64,000 nucleotides of DNA from Thermodesulfobacteriota bacterium. GTDB taxonomy: Bacteria; Desulfobacterota; Desulfarculia; JACQYL01. The position numbers and the translations under genes are program-made. This document shows, piece by piece, positions 1 through 10,020 of this stretch. Location: positions 1,568,001-1,632,000 of the forward strand of contig CAXXLZ010000001.1 of assembly GCA_963675595.2 (NCBI GenBank), in the 5' to 3' direction. Numbering within the stretch: the stretch's first letter is position 1; the number at the start of each line of letters is the position of its first letter. The notes below the pieces were generated by a model, which was not told the origin of the DNA, ran no database searches, and saw only the letters and a program-made list of their open reading frames with translations.

Positions 1-2
1 AT

Positions 3-323
3 TACTCCTTGGACCGCCCTCCCCTGGAAGCCATTGCCCGGTTCTCTCTTTCCGTGCCGTGTCCTCGATCAACCACGGCCGACCCTTACCAGGACATGCG
101 ATACGAGCACATTAAACGAACCTTGACGGATTACGATGTTCGAGGGCTCGTTTTCTATATCCTCATGCAATGCGAATGCCGGGCGAGCGAGGTCCCCTAC
201 TTGAGAGAAAAGATAGAGTCGGAATTGAAAATCCCGGTGCTTTTTCTGGATAGTGACTATTTCGATGTGGATTCACACAAGACGAGGACGAGAGTCGAAG
301 CCTTCCTCGAGATGCTGAGATAG
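3..323 (+). CDS. 2-hydroxyacyl-CoA dehydratase family subunit (C-terminal part; 5' end lies outside the window)
   Basis: The frame is open from the window edge. Motifs PCPR, GLVFYILMQCE, IPVLFLDSDY and RTRVEAFLEML are typical of HgdB/BzdN C-termini. Confidence 0.8.
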   Translation, partial: YSLDRPPLEAIARFSLSVPCPRSTTADPYQDMRYEHIKRTLTDYDVRGLVFYILMQCECRASEVPYLREKIESELKIPVLFLDSDYFDVDSHKTRTRVEAFLEMLR

Positions 324-483
324 CCCGAGATCGACACGAACGGAGTTCCGCAGTCCGGTGGCCCGGCGAAACATACTTACCATCGCCTTGCCGACCGGAA
401 CTCGGGGTTCTATTCATCGGCGGACGACAAAGTCTCATCCGGGTCCCCAATCAAGCGTGAGACGCTGAACATGTGGAGGGATT

Positions 484-1806
484 ATGAACAACCCCGTAGT
501 ATCCATCGTCCGATATGAACGGCCGCGAGAATCGGTGCGAAAGGTGTTGGAACTCGCGGGCGGGCTGGACCGAATGCCCCATAACGCCCGAGTGTTCATC
601 AAACCGAACATCGTGCTGTGGGCAACGGCCGTGGCCTTCCCCAAATGGGGAGTCATCACCACCTCACGCGTTGTGGAAGACGTGGTGACAGTGCTCAGAG
701 AATATGGAGTCGGGGAAATCATCATCGGCGAAGGTCCCGTTCTTTCCACTCCGAAAGACCACGACACCCCGGCTCACGCCTTCCAGTCCCTGGGATACCG
801 GACACTCGAAGAACGTTACGGCGTAAAGGTCTTTAATGTGTTCGACAGAGTCTTCGAGAAGGTCGATTTGGGGAATGGAGTGAAGCTCAATTTCAACTCC
901 GATATTCTCCACAGCGATTTCGTAATCAATCTGCCCGTGCTCAAAACGCACGCGGTGACCGTGGTGAGCCTCGGCATCAAGAACCTTAAAGGCACCATCG
1001 ACACCGTGTCCCGAAAGAAATGCCACAATGCGGACCCGGTTCGGAATCTCCATTACATGATCTCAAAACTGGCCGACCCCATGCCCCCCATGTTCACGCT
1101 CCTGGACGGAATCTACACCAACGAACGGGGGCCCGCATTCGATGGTCGGGCCCGTAGAAGCGATATCCTGATCGGATCGTGGGATGTTCTCGCCGGCGAC
1201 ATGGTCGGCTGCAGGGTTTTGGGATATGAACCGTCGGAGGTGCCCCATATCGAAGCCGCGGCGAATGAGCGAGGTCGCGCCATGGACCTCTCCGAAATCA
1301 CCGTGGTTGGAGAGACCATCGAATCGGCGACGTCGAAACACGAATACGATTTTCCCTTCAATGAAGATGAAAGCCTCCCTCTTCCTTTTGTCAAGATGGG
1401 AATCCGGGGTTTATCGTATCGAAAGTACGACACCACACTGTGCACTTATTGCACACCGGTGAATGGAGCAACATTGACCGCCATTGCGCGGGCTTGGACC
1501 GGGAAGCCGTGGGACGAGGTGGAGGTGCTCACGGGCAAGATCATGAAACCGACACCGGGCATGAAGAAAACCATTCTACTCGGCAAGTGCATCTATCAAG
1601 CCAACAAGGACCATCCCGACATTCAGGAGATGATCGCTGTTAAAGGATGCCCTCCTTCCACCAAGGAAATGGTCAAGGCGCTGAAGAAGGCCGGCATCGA
1701 TGTCGATCCCAAGATTTTCGAGGATATGGACAAGCTTCCCGGGCAGTTCATGAAACGCTACCAAGGGAAAGCGGAGTTTGTAGAGGAGCATTTTCGAGTC
1801 GAATAA
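484..1806 (+). CDS. DUF362 domain protein with C-terminal FeS-binding motif
   Basis: Contains VFIKPN, INLPVLKTH and SLGIKNLKG, plus C-terminal CTYC...GKC...GCPP. RBS GGAGG upstream. Confidence 0.8.
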   Translation: MNNPVVSIVRYERPRESVRKVLELAGGLDRMPHNARVFIKPNIVLWATAVAFPKWGVITTSRVVEDVVTVLREYGVGEIIIGEGPVLSTPKDHDTPAHAFQSLGYRTLEERYGVKVFNVFDRVFEKVDLGNGVKLNFNSDILHSDFVINLPVLKTHAVTVVSLGIKNLKGTIDTVSRKKCHNADPVRNLHYMISKLADPMPPMFTLLDGIYTNERGPAFDGRARRSDILIGSWDVLAGDMVGCRVLGYEPSEVPHIEAAANERGRAMDLSEITVVGETIESATSKHEYDFPFNEDESLPLPFVKMGIRGLSYRKYDTTLCTYCTPVNGATLTAIARAWTGKPWDEVEVLTGKIMKPTPGMKKTILLGKCIYQANKDHPDIQEMIAVKGCPPSTKEMVKALKKAGIDVDPKIFEDMDKLPGQFMKRYQGKAEFVEEHFRVE

Positions 1807-1849
1807 CACCGAAGCGCATTTGGCGCTGAAAAAACACAAGGGAGAATCA

Positions 1850-3097
1850 ATGACTCAATCACGTGGAAAAAGCGATCAGGATGTGGTTCTGGTAAGCGGC
1901 GTCAGGACTCCGTACGGCAGATTCGGAGGCACGCTGCGAAACATGGAGAGCGTTGAACTGGGCGGTTTGGCCATGAAGGCCGTCCTCGAACGAGTGGGCG
2001 TTCCAGGAACCGCCGTGGATGAAGTGTTCTACGGTTTTTCCATCATCGCAGAGCCGGTACAGGACGGAAAGGGCGATGTGCCGGACCGGAGAGCCGTGCT
2101 GAAAGCCGGATTGCCTCCTGAAACCGTGTCCATGGCCATCAACAAGGCTTGCTGCTCATCTCTCGTAGCCGTGCAGATGGCGGCGCGATCCCTGCGTTTG
2201 GGCGAATCCGAAGTGACCATAGCCGGCGGCGCCGACAACATGGGACGCGCGCCTTTCCTCATCTCCGCAGGCGTCCGGACCGGACATCGCATCGGCAACC
2301 TGGTGGCCAACGATCCCCTGTTCGAACTGGGTTACAAGGACTTCAATCCGGTTTCCGTGGACGCCGGAGAAGTGGCCCTCCAATACGGAGTTCCGAGAGA
2401 AGAGCAGGATGCGTGGGCTTTGAGAAGTCAGCAACGGTTCGCGGAGGCGGAAGCCGCCGGAAAGTTTAAAGACGAGATTGTACCTATCGAGGTTCCGCAA
2501 CCCAAGGGCCCCCCGATTCTATTCGAAAAAGATGAGTGCCCCAAGCCGGAAACCACGCTGGAGAAGCTGGGCAAACTCAGGACGGTGTATGGAAGTCCCA
2601 CGGTTACGGCGGGTAATGCTCCGGGTTTGGACGCGGGTGCCACGGCGCTGCTGTTCATGACCCGAAAGAAAGCCGATTCGCTGGGTCTGAAACCCTTGTG
2701 CACGGTCCTCTCGACGGCCGCTCTTACCATGGCGCCCAACATGATCGCCGCCGTGCCGGCTCCCACCGCGGAAAAAGCGTTGAAGGCCGCCGGATTGACC
2801 CTCGACGACATCGATCTGATTGAAATCAACGAAGCCTTCGCCGCCATGCCCCTGGTTTCGAGCAAGATTCTGGCTCAGAATCACTATGACGGAGATCCGG
2901 GGAAGCTTCAGGCGTTGAGGGATAAGATCAACGTCAACGGCGGGTGCATCGCATGCGGCCATCCGGTGGGTGCCAGCGGAGCCAGAATTCTCATGACCCT
3001 GGCACTCGAGTTGAAACGTCGGGGAGGTGGTCGAGGCGTCTGCACCATCTGCGGCGGATTGGCTCAAGGAACCGCGGCCGTTATCGAGGTTGAGTAG
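1850..3097 (+). CDS. Thiolase (acetyl-CoA C-acyltransferase)
   Basis: Contains RTPYG, NKACCSS (catalytic Cys), INEAFA, GHPVGASG and CGGLAQG. RBS GGAG precedes the ATG at 1850. Confidence 0.92.
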   Translation: MTQSRGKSDQDVVLVSGVRTPYGRFGGTLRNMESVELGGLAMKAVLERVGVPGTAVDEVFYGFSIIAEPVQDGKGDVPDRRAVLKAGLPPETVSMAINKACCSSLVAVQMAARSLRLGESEVTIAGGADNMGRAPFLISAGVRTGHRIGNLVANDPLFELGYKDFNPVSVDAGEVALQYGVPREEQDAWALRSQQRFAEAEAAGKFKDEIVPIEVPQPKGPPILFEKDECPKPETTLEKLGKLRTVYGSPTVTAGNAPGLDAGATALLFMTRKKADSLGLKPLCTVLSTAALTMAPNMIAAVPAPTAEKALKAAGLTLDDIDLIEINEAFAAMPLVSSKILAQNHYDGDPGKLQALRDKINVNGGCIACGHPVGASGARILMTLALELKRRGGGRGVCTICGGLAQGTAAVIEVE

Positions 3098-3154
3098 TCT
3101 AGGGAACGCGCCTGCCGGAGGGAAGGCAACCGCCTCGCAACATAAGGCCTGCAT

Positions 3155-3198
3155 ATTCGGGGAGACCCATCTACGGGGTTCCCCGAATCCTCTTTGAA
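3155..3198 (-). repeat. Intergenic palindromic (REP-like) element, copy A
   Basis: Stem ATTCGGGGA...TCCCCGAAT flanked by TTCAAAGAGG on the minus strand. Resembles the elements at 50041 and 60348. Confidence 0.45.
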
Positions 3199-3273
3199 TG
3201 AGTCCGCCTGGTGCGTGCACGTGCGTAACGAATTCACCGACCCACCTGAATGACACCACCACAGGAGACGTGT

Positions 3274-4470
3274 ATGGATTTTCTCATATCCGAAAAGATG
3301 CAGGCGGTCACCGAGATGGCGGACGACTTCATCGATCGGGAGCTGATACCTCTGGAGCCGGAGTTTCTCAGCAGGCCTTTTCGAGAACTGCTGCCTGAAT
3401 TGGCCGAGAAACGACGCAAAGTTAAGGAGATGGAGCTGTGGGCCCCGCCCCATCCTCCGGAATATGGGGGCATGGGATTGGACTTGGTGGACTACGGTCT
3501 GATTTCTGAGTCCCTGGGCAGGTCGCCCATGGGAATCTACACGTTCGGTTGTCAGTACCCCGATGCCGGAAACGTGGAAATCCTGCACAAATACGGAACC
3601 GAGGAACAGAAGGAAACCTACCTTCGCCCTCTGGTGGAAGGCAAAATCCGGAGCTGCTTTTCCATGACGGAAGTGGAGCTGCCGGGTTCCAACCCCGTAA
3701 TGATGGATACCACCGCCGTACTCGATGGCAACGACTACGTGATCAACGGCCAGAAATGGTACACCACGGCCGCCGATGGCGCAGCCTTCGCCATCGTCAT
3801 GGCCGTAACCAACCCGGAAGCGGCTCCCCACAAGCGGGCGAGCATGATCATCGTTCCCACGGACACCCCGGGGTACAATCTGGTCCGCAATATCTCCGTG
3901 ATGGGCCACGAAGGCTCGGATTGGGAAAGCCACGGCGAGATTCTCTATCAATCCTGCCGTGTACCCAAAGAGAACCTGTTGGGGCCCGAAGGAGAAGGTT
4001 TCGTGATCGCTCAGGATCGTCTCGGCCCCGGCCGCATCCACCATTGCATGCGGTGGATGGGCATCTGCAAGCGAGCCCTCGAACTCATGTGCCGGCGAGC
4101 CCTCGAAAGGCCCATCGCTCCGGGAGAGACGCTTGCGGACAAGCAGACCATACAATTCTGGATTGCTGAAAGCGCCGCGGAAATACAGGCGGCGCGCTTG
4201 ATGATCCTGCACGCGGCATGGAAGATGGAAACCCTGGGGCACAAAGAAGCTCGGGACGAGATCTCCCAGATTAAATTCTATGGCGCCCCGATTCTCCAAC
4301 GCGTTGTGGACCGCGCCATCCAAGTGCACGGCGGTTTGGGCATGACGGACGACACCCCGCTTTCATTCTTCTATCGCAGCGAGCGCGCGGCACGCATCTA
4401 CGACGGAGTGGACGAGGTGCACAAATCGGCGGTGGCGAGACGCATCCTCCGCCAATTCAAAGCCAAATAG
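3274..4470 (+). CDS. Acyl-CoA dehydrogenase, ACAD10/11 (LvaC)-like
   Basis: Contains PDAGNVE, FSMTE, INGQKW, AQDRLGPGRIHHCMR, QVHGG and RIYDGVDEVH. Confidence 0.9.
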   Translation: MDFLISEKMQAVTEMADDFIDRELIPLEPEFLSRPFRELLPELAEKRRKVKEMELWAPPHPPEYGGMGLDLVDYGLISESLGRSPMGIYTFGCQYPDAGNVEILHKYGTEEQKETYLRPLVEGKIRSCFSMTEVELPGSNPVMMDTTAVLDGNDYVINGQKWYTTAADGAAFAIVMAVTNPEAAPHKRASMIIVPTDTPGYNLVRNISVMGHEGSDWESHGEILYQSCRVPKENLLGPEGEGFVIAQDRLGPGRIHHCMRWMGICKRALELMCRRALERPIAPGETLADKQTIQFWIAESAAEIQAARLMILHAAWKMETLGHKEARDEISQIKFYGAPILQRVVDRAIQVHGGLGMTDDTPLSFFYRSERAARIYDGVDEVHKSAVARRILRQFKAK

Positions 4471-4502
4471 AGGCCCATTCGCCTAAGCTGAAAAGGAGCA
4501 TC

Positions 4503-5570
4503 ATGGAATTCTTGGATCAAGCGGGGAGCGTCAGGGAGGGGGAAGACCTCAACGCCAAGACCGTTGAAACATACCTGAAGGACTCGATCCCGGGCCTTGA
4601 AGGCGACCTTCAAATCCGCCAATTCCCGGGGGGTTACTCAAACCTGACCTATCTGCTGCATTTCGGGGACAGGGAGCTCGTGCTCAGGCGTCCGCCTTTC
4701 GGCACCAAGGCCAAGAGCGCTCACGACATGGGGAGAGAATACCGAGTCCTTTCCAAGTTGCACCAAGCGTTTCCGTATTGCCCGAAACCCCTTTTGTATA
4801 CCGAGGATGTTTCCATCACGAGCGAACCCTTCTACGTCATGGAACGGATTCAGGGAATCATTCTGCGCAGGGAAATCCCGGAAGGTCTGTCCCTGTCCGG
4901 CGACACGCTCCGCCGCCTGGGCGCGAACTTCATCCGGGTGCTGGCGGAGCTCCATGCCGTGGATTACGAATCCATCGGTTTGGGCGAACTGGGGAGACCG
5001 AAGGGATACGTCCAAAGACAGGTGGAGGGCTGGATCAAACGATACCGGAACGCACGCACTCCCGACGCCCCGGACTGCGAACGGGTCATGGAGTGGGTGA
5101 TGGAACACATGCCCCCCGACTCCGCAAAATCGGGGATCATCCACAACGATTATCGCTTCGACAATGTGATTATCGACCCTAAGTCTCCGGAACGAATTAT
5201 CGGCGTGCTGGATTGGGAAATGGCCACACTGGGTGATCCGCTGATGGATTTCGGCAACTCCGTGGCTTATTGGGTCGAACCCGGCGATCCGGAAGATTGG
5301 CACACCATGCGCTTGATGCCGGTGGAAATCTCCGGAGTTCTGAGCCGAAAAGACATCGTGAGCCTATACGAAAGAGAGTCAGGCAGATCCCTCGACAACA
5401 TGGATTTCTATCATTGTTTCGGCCTGTTCCGATTCGCCGTCATTTTCCAGCAAATCTACTACCGCTATTACCATGGTGAAACCAAAGACGAACGGTTCAA
5501 GACCTTGATTAAGAACGTACATGTATTGGATGACATCGCCCGATGGGTGATCGATCGTTCAAACCTCTAA
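4503..5570 (+). CDS. Phosphotransferase (APH/choline kinase fold), ACAD10/11 kinase (LvaA)-like
   Basis: Contains GGYSNLTY, VLRRPP, SAHDMGRE, HNDYRFDN and LDWEMATLGDPLMD. Confidence 0.88.
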   Translation: MEFLDQAGSVREGEDLNAKTVETYLKDSIPGLEGDLQIRQFPGGYSNLTYLLHFGDRELVLRRPPFGTKAKSAHDMGREYRVLSKLHQAFPYCPKPLLYTEDVSITSEPFYVMERIQGIILRREIPEGLSLSGDTLRRLGANFIRVLAELHAVDYESIGLGELGRPKGYVQRQVEGWIKRYRNARTPDAPDCERVMEWVMEHMPPDSAKSGIIHNDYRFDNVIIDPKSPERIIGVLDWEMATLGDPLMDFGNSVAYWVEPGDPEDWHTMRLMPVEISGVLSRKDIVSLYERESGRSLDNMDFYHCFGLFRFAVIFQQIYYRYYHGETKDERFKTLIKNVHVLDDIARWVIDRSNL

Positions 5571-5584
5571 TCACGCCTGAGATT

Positions 5585-6361
5585 ATGCGTATTCTCGTTT
5601 GCGTACACCAAGTACCTGAAACCGCCGCCACATCGGCCATCAACGGGATGTCTCGGGGTCCGTACAGGGACCCCGGCCTGACCTACCGCATGAACCGCTT
5701 CGATGAGTGTGCGGTGGAGGAAAGTCTCAGGATTCGCAGAACTATACCGGGTTCGCGGGTCACAGCGCTTTCCTTGGGCCCGGCCGAGGCCGGCGGTGCG
5801 ATCCGAAAGGCCTTGGCCATGGGCGTGGACGATGGAGTCCACGTGCTCCTGGAACAAGCGGAGCACGTGGAAACCCTCGCCAAGGCCACATGGGTGGCTG
5901 CTTATCTCCGGGAAAACCCGCATTTCCTTGTTCTGACCGGCCTCATGTCCGAGTCCGGCATGCACGGCATGTTGGGCCCTATGGTCGCGGAACTATTAAA
6001 CCGTCCCTGTTCCACGTCCGTGATCAAAATAGACGTAGACCTCCATAAGGCCGTTGTGGTGGTCCTGCGGGAAATCGACAACGGGGAACGGGAGCTCGTG
6101 GAGTTGGACCTGCCGGCCGTCCTATCCGTTCAAACGGGTTTGAATACTCCACGTTACCCTACCCTCTCCAACATGATGCGTGCGAAGAAACAGGTGCTGC
6201 TCACGGTTCCATCCTCGTCTCTGGATCAGCCGCCTGCGACTCTGATTGCGCGAGGACTGGCGACTCCCGTCAGAATGAGAGCCGGACGGTTCCTGAAAGG
6301 CACAACTGAGGAAAAGGCGGCGGACCTTCTTGATATCATGCGGGACAAAGGCTTTCTCTGA
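5585..6361 (+). CDS. etfB: Electron transfer flavoprotein beta subunit
   Basis: Contains ILVCVHQVP, NRFDECAVEE, ALAMG and NTPRYP. Confidence 0.88.
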   Translation: MRILVCVHQVPETAATSAINGMSRGPYRDPGLTYRMNRFDECAVEESLRIRRTIPGSRVTALSLGPAEAGGAIRKALAMGVDDGVHVLLEQAEHVETLAKATWVAAYLRENPHFLVLTGLMSESGMHGMLGPMVAELLNRPCSTSVIKIDVDLHKAVVVVLREIDNGERELVELDLPAVLSVQTGLNTPRYPTLSNMMRAKKQVLLTVPSSSLDQPPATLIARGLATPVRMRAGRFLKGTTEEKAADLLDIMRDKGFL

Positions 6362-6373
6362 AAGGGGGCGAGG

Positions 6374-7348
6374 GTGCCGGAGCGTCTGTTTGTCATTGCG
6401 GAACAAAGCCGAAGCGGCATTTCCCCCGTCACATTTGAACTGCTTGCCTGTGCGGAGCAAATCCGGCGAATACGTCCGGCATCCGTCGAGCTGGTGGTCC
6501 CGGGCGCGGACGTCCGATCTTTCTCATCCCACCTTTCCCAAGTCTGCGGCCTGAACGTGATCGGTATCGAACATCCCGCGTTGTCCGTTTACAACGGCGA
6601 AGTCTACAAAGCGGCATTTGCGGACTTGTTTAAAGCCCGTCCCGCTTTGGGCATGTTGGCCGCACACTCTTCGGCCGCCTGGGAATTTGTGCCGGGCTTG
6701 GCCTGCCGTCTGCGAGGCGCGTGCGTCACCGGTGTAAACGCCGTTGCCCGCGTTGGGGACGACGTCGTGTTCCAACGCCTGGTCCAGGCGGGCAGGTTCA
6801 CGGAGTCCGTGAGTCCTGCGATCTCACCGTTTCTTATCACGGTGGAACCGGGAGCGTTTCCAACTCTCACATGCGACGACACGAGTCCGGGATCGGTTGA
6901 AATCAGGCGGGTTTCTATCCCGGAAAGGAGTTCCAGAACGTTGGCCGTGCTTCCCGCCGGGGAGCGAAATCTGAGCCTGACCGAAGGCGAAGTCGTTGTC
7001 GCGGCGGGTAAAGGGATCAAGAAGAAAGAGAATCTGGACATGATCCGCCAACTGGCTTCGGTGTTTCCCAAGTCCGCTGTGGCGGGTTCCAGACCCCTGA
7101 TCGACTCGGGCTGGCTCGAATACAAAAGGCAGGTGGGACTTACGGGAGCCAAGGTTACCCCAAGACTCTATTTCGCTTGCGGCATTTCGGGTGCGCCGCA
7201 GCACATCGCAGGCATGAGGGGCGCCGACACGGTGGTCGCTTTAAATACGGACTGCGTCGCCGCCATGTTCAATCACGCGGACGTCTGCATCGTGGATGAC
7301 CTACTGCAATTCATTCCCGCATTTATTCGGCTTGCGAAACGATCGTAA
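6374..7348 (+). CDS. etfA: Electron transfer flavoprotein alpha subunit
   Basis: Contains VVAAGKG, AGSRP, QVGLTG and GISGAPQH. GTG start. Confidence 0.9.
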   Translation: MPERLFVIAEQSRSGISPVTFELLACAEQIRRIRPASVELVVPGADVRSFSSHLSQVCGLNVIGIEHPALSVYNGEVYKAAFADLFKARPALGMLAAHSSAAWEFVPGLACRLRGACVTGVNAVARVGDDVVFQRLVQAGRFTESVSPAISPFLITVEPGAFPTLTCDDTSPGSVEIRRVSIPERSSRTLAVLPAGERNLSLTEGEVVVAAGKGIKKKENLDMIRQLASVFPKSAVAGSRPLIDSGWLEYKRQVGLTGAKVTPRLYFACGISGAPQHIAGMRGADTVVALNTDCVAAMFNHADVCIVDDLLQFIPAFIRLAKRS

Positions 7349-7401
7349 ACGGCGTTACCTGAAGTCTTCTCGTCCCGCCGGACAGGCACTGTTAATTCGG
7401 T

Positions 7402-8103
7402 TCAACCGTAGGTCACTAGGCCCGGTTCGGCCTCACCCTCCAAATGTGCCACCGAGTTAAAAGAAAATAAAGAAATCCGTTCCGCATTGTACTTGAGCAC
7501 GGTCACGGAAGTATTCCGGATCACCCAGGCGAGACGAAGCGAATTCTCGGGACTCAGTTGCAGAGCCGAGGAAAGGGCGGCGCAGATACTCCCTCCTGAG
7601 GTAAACACCGCGACCCGTTTGCTTCGGCCGTTTTTCTCTGCGACCAGGCGCAATCCTTGCCTCACTCGTCCCGCGAAGTCGTTCCACGTTTCCAGGCCCG
7701 GTGCCGAATGCGCCCCGGCGGCCCAACCCAACATGGCCCATTCCAGTACCCGCTGGAAGGATCGACGGTCCGTTCGATATTGCCGGAAATGGCTCCTCAT
7801 TTCAGGATCCGTCTCCATCACCCGAGCAGACGCTTGAATGACGGAATCCGACGGATACTCGTCGAACTGGGGCATGGCGGTGATATCGGCCGAGGAAAAA
7901 GCACCACACCTCGAGAGTACCAAACGCCCCGTATCCACCTGTCTCACCAACGTGCCTGAATAGGCGCAATCGAAATCCACGTTCAATCCGGACAGGTAGT
8001 CGCCGAGGATCAGGCTCTGCCGCCGACCGAGTTCGGAGAGCCGGTCATAATTATCCGTACCGAAAGAGGCCTGTCCGTGACGAATCAAATAAATCTCACC
8101 CAT
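7402..8103 (-). CDS. Histidine phosphatase family protein
   Basis: N-terminal LIRHGQAS motif, plus RQVDT and VFTSGG. Confidence 0.88.
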   Translation of the reverse strand: MGEIYLIRHGQASFGTDNYDRLSELGRRQSLILGDYLSGLNVDFDCAYSGTLVRQVDTGRLVLSRCGAFSSADITAMPQFDEYPSDSVIQASARVMETDPEMRSHFRQYRTDRRSFQRVLEWAMLGWAAGAHSAPGLETWNDFAGRVRQGLRLVAEKNGRSKRVAVFTSGGSICAALSSALQLSPENSLRLAWVIRNTSVTVLKYNAERISLFSFNSVAHLEGEAEPGLVTYG

Positions 8104-8331
8104 TTACGCCAAATCCTTTCCAAAGAAGTCGCACAAGGCGACGATGCGGCCGGCGGGATACCGCGAACGCGAGTTCCGGTCCTGAGGCTGGAGGGCTCTA
8201 AGGAGGATCATGATCCCGATGGGAATCCCGGGAAGACATCGGGGGATAAAGAACATGGGGCGATCCTTGAACCGCCCCACGACGAACGTTTCCTGATCCG
8301 GAAGGACCATCTCCGGAAAAAAGTCGCTCGA

Positions 8332-9099
8332 TTATTTGGGAGACATCCTCAACGCGCCGTCGATGCGGATGGCCTCACCGTTGAGATAGCTGTTCCGAAT
8401 GATGGTAACCGCCAAGTCCGCATATTCCTCCGGCAGTCCGAGGCGGGAGGGAAAAGGCACCTGAGCGCCCAGGGAATCCTGCACGTTTTGAGGCAGACCC
8501 GCGAGCATGGGAGTGCCCATGATGCCCGGAGCGATCGTCACCACGCGCACTCCGTTCTTCGAAAGGTCTCTTGCCATGGGCAGCGTCATTCCGACGACTC
8601 CACCTTTGGAGGCCGCATACGCAACCTGTCCAATCTGGCCTTCCCAAGCGGCGATGGAAGCGGTATTGATGATCACGCCGCGTTCGCCCTTGTCGTTGGG
8701 CTCGTTGTTCACCATGGTTTCGGCGGCGAGGCGGGCCACGTTAAAGGTACCGATCAGATTCACGCCGATCACCTTGGAGAACTGATCCAGGGGATATGCA
8801 CCCGTTTTGCCCACTGTTTTTCCCGCGACGGCGATGCCGGCACAGTTTACGCACACGTTGAGGCCGCCGAAGTTCGTCTTGGCGGCTTCTATCGCTGCCC
8901 GTACTTCCGCTTCATTGGTTACATCCGCTTTGGCGAAAACAGCGGCTCCCCCCAACTCGGACACGAGTTGATTGGCGGTTTCTTCCACCATGTCCAAAAT
9001 GACCGCCTTCCCACCGTTGGCCACAAACGCACGGACAGTCGCGGCACCTAAACCCGACGCACCTCCGGTTACGATCGCTACACTTCCCTGAATGTCCAT
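8332..9099 (-). CDS. SDR family 3-hydroxyacyl-CoA dehydrogenase type II (HSD17B10-like)
   Basis: Contains [23 protein letters not shown] and PFPSRLG. Confidence 0.9.
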   Translation of the reverse strand: MDIQGSVAIVTGGASGLGAATVRAFVANGGKAVILDMVEETANQLVSELGGAAVFAKADVTNEAEVRAAIEAAKTNFGGLNVCVNCAGIAVAGKTVGKTGAYPLDQFSKVIGVNLIGTFNVARLAAETMVNNEPNDKGERGVIINTASIAAWEGQIGQVAYAASKGGVVGMTLPMARDLSKNGVRVVTIAPGIMGTPMLAGLPQNVQDSLGAQVPFPSRLGLPEEYADLAVTIIRNSYLNGEAIRIDGALRMSPK

Positions 9100-9453
9100 A
9101 GTTACCTCTCTCAATTGAAGATTGAACGTAGCAAATAACTCTTTCTTATAACGGATGCCGCCGCCCGGATCAATGCCGAAAACGGCTCCAACGCCTGAGC
9201 AAAGCTCTTATGCGCGTCGGCATTGAAAATGCCTGTAGGATCAACCGAGTCCTTGCAGATAGATGAAATGATGAGTAGGGTGTTATTCCGTAAGTTTCAA
9301 AGGTTGACTCCACCAGCGCAATGTCGGTGCACTGCCGTCCGTCTTCATCAAGAAAGTTTGAAGTATGGCGGTGGGCTTTCGTATCGAAGGTGTCGTTCGA
9401 TGCTCTAACGGGCAACATGACCTTGCCGTTGTCGATTTGAGAAAGGGGTTCCC

Positions 9454-9975
9454 ATGCCTGCACAAGAAACAAGGGACAATCCGACCGAGGCCAGAACGGT
9501 CGATCATTCGGAAGTTCGCATGTCCATGGTTTTCTCACCTGAGCATGCAGGACCGGGAGGCGTTTTCGCTCACGGCGGCGAAATCATGAAGCTTATGGAC
9601 ACGGCCGCCGGAGTGGTCGCAGTCCGGCACTCCCATTCGCCCGTTGCAACGTTGCGCGTGGAAGCCATCAATTTCCTGAATCCCGTTCGTGTGGGCAACT
9701 TCGTTTCGGTCCATGCCCGCCTGACGTACGCAAGCCGTTCCACGATGGAGGTCCAGGTAAATGTGACTACCGAAGACCTCATTCGCGAGAAGACGTGGCA
9801 AGCGTGCACTGCGTACTTCGTCATCGTGGCCCTGAACAAGGAAGGGCGCCCGCACCCGGTGCCGACGCTTCTGACCCAAACCGAAGAGGAACGCGCTCGT
9901 TTCGAGGCGGGCAAAGACAGATTCGAAACCTGCCGGATGGACGATCATTTTCGCCGCCTGTGCGGTATCGACTGA
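9454..9975 (+). CDS. Acyl-CoA thioesterase (hotdog fold, YciA-like)
   Basis: Contains HGGEIMKLMD, RSTMEV and FVIVAL...GRPHPVP. Confidence 0.88.
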   Translation: MPAQETRDNPTEARTVDHSEVRMSMVFSPEHAGPGGVFAHGGEIMKLMDTAAGVVAVRHSHSPVATLRVEAINFLNPVRVGNFVSVHARLTYASRSTMEVQVNVTTEDLIREKTWQACTAYFVIVALNKEGRPHPVPTLLTQTEEERARFEAGKDRFETCRMDDHFRRLCGID

Positions 9976-10020
9976 TTCCCCGTTGCCAAACATCAAATTC
10001 TCCCGTTGAGGTGACTTTCT

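Noticed and set aside
3064-4329. Long antisense ORF of 421 aa (similarly 8077-9051, 13113-14117, 23235-24689, 26811-27935, 27989-29326, 37046-38416, 46315-47838, 57080-58396)
   Set aside because: These are shadow ORFs opposite well-supported genes, expected from GC-rich codon bias, and they contain no recognisable motifs.
8104-8310. 68-aa ORF between the SDR and the His-phosphatase, considered as an LvaB-like small protein
   Set aside because: It has no motif or convincing RBS, and the region contains hairpins typical of an intergenic spacer.
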